Below, one piece after another: positions 63,807 through 64,000 of a DNA stretch of 64,000 nucleotides. The translations under genes were made by a program, and so were the position numbers. Source of the stretch: Saccostrea cucullata (taxonomy: Eukaryota). The stretch spans positions 124,001 to 188,000 of the forward strand of contig NW_026935196.1 in NCBI RefSeq assembly GCF_032062105.1, in the 5' to 3' direction. Positions within the stretch are counted from its first letter, which is position 1. Each line of letters opens with the position of its first letter. The notes below the pieces were generated by a model. It worked only from the letters and a program-made list of their open reading frames with translations. It was not told where the DNA came from and did no database searches.

Positions 63807-63988
63807 TTATCTGAAAGCGGCTGCAAAGTAAGGTTTTCCAATAGTGGAAAATGATGGCGGCATGGAATTTGCATATATATCTTCTTGGAAGAACATGGCA
63901 GAGTCTTGGCGTGGCGGATACTGTGATTGCGGCTGCGCAATGTCCATGTATGGACCATTAAACCCTCCGATTGAAAGATGGCTTCCTA
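63807..63988 (-). CDS. Probable terminal coding exon of a gene extending beyond the window (product unknown)
   Basis: Acceptor tattttgcag at 63990-63989; GC-richer open frame GSHLSIGGFNGPYMDIAQPQSQYPPRQDSAMFFQEDIYANSMPPSFSTIGKPYFAAAFR*. Confidence 0.5.
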
Positions 63989-64000
63989 CTGCAAAATACA

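Overview
This is AT-rich metazoan genomic DNA with spliceosomal introns. Gene content and repeat families look most like a bivalve, probably an oyster (inference). It has one assembly gap (43985-44129). The left half (1-30.6 kb) holds two multi-exon housekeeping-type genes on the minus strand: LMBR1/LMBR1L-like (15 coding exons, one U12 intron) and SLC12A8 (13 coding exons). The right half holds SINE/LINE debris, two tandem intronless divergent nAChR-like Cys-loop channel genes (the first frameshifted), CENP-V (minus) and an NR1-like nuclear receptor (plus). It also has a probable terminal exon of another minus-strand gene and about 13 fragments of a Penelope-like retroelement with GIY-YIG upstream of RT (Naiad-type). 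Main observations: (1) the nuclear receptor has two tandem, intact, highly diverged copies of the ligand-pocket exon 54 nt apart, probably mutually exclusive; (2) the channel pair has lost the ACh-binding residues, has divergent ligand domains and shares a near-identical pore region; (3) tandem duplications repeatedly straddle splice sites or a stop codon; (4) palindromic TA-C-N-N-G-TA octamers are in strong excess and match Tc1/mariner excision footprints; (5) the U12 intron is in frame and stop-free. All exon models were built by hand from sequence, without transcript data.
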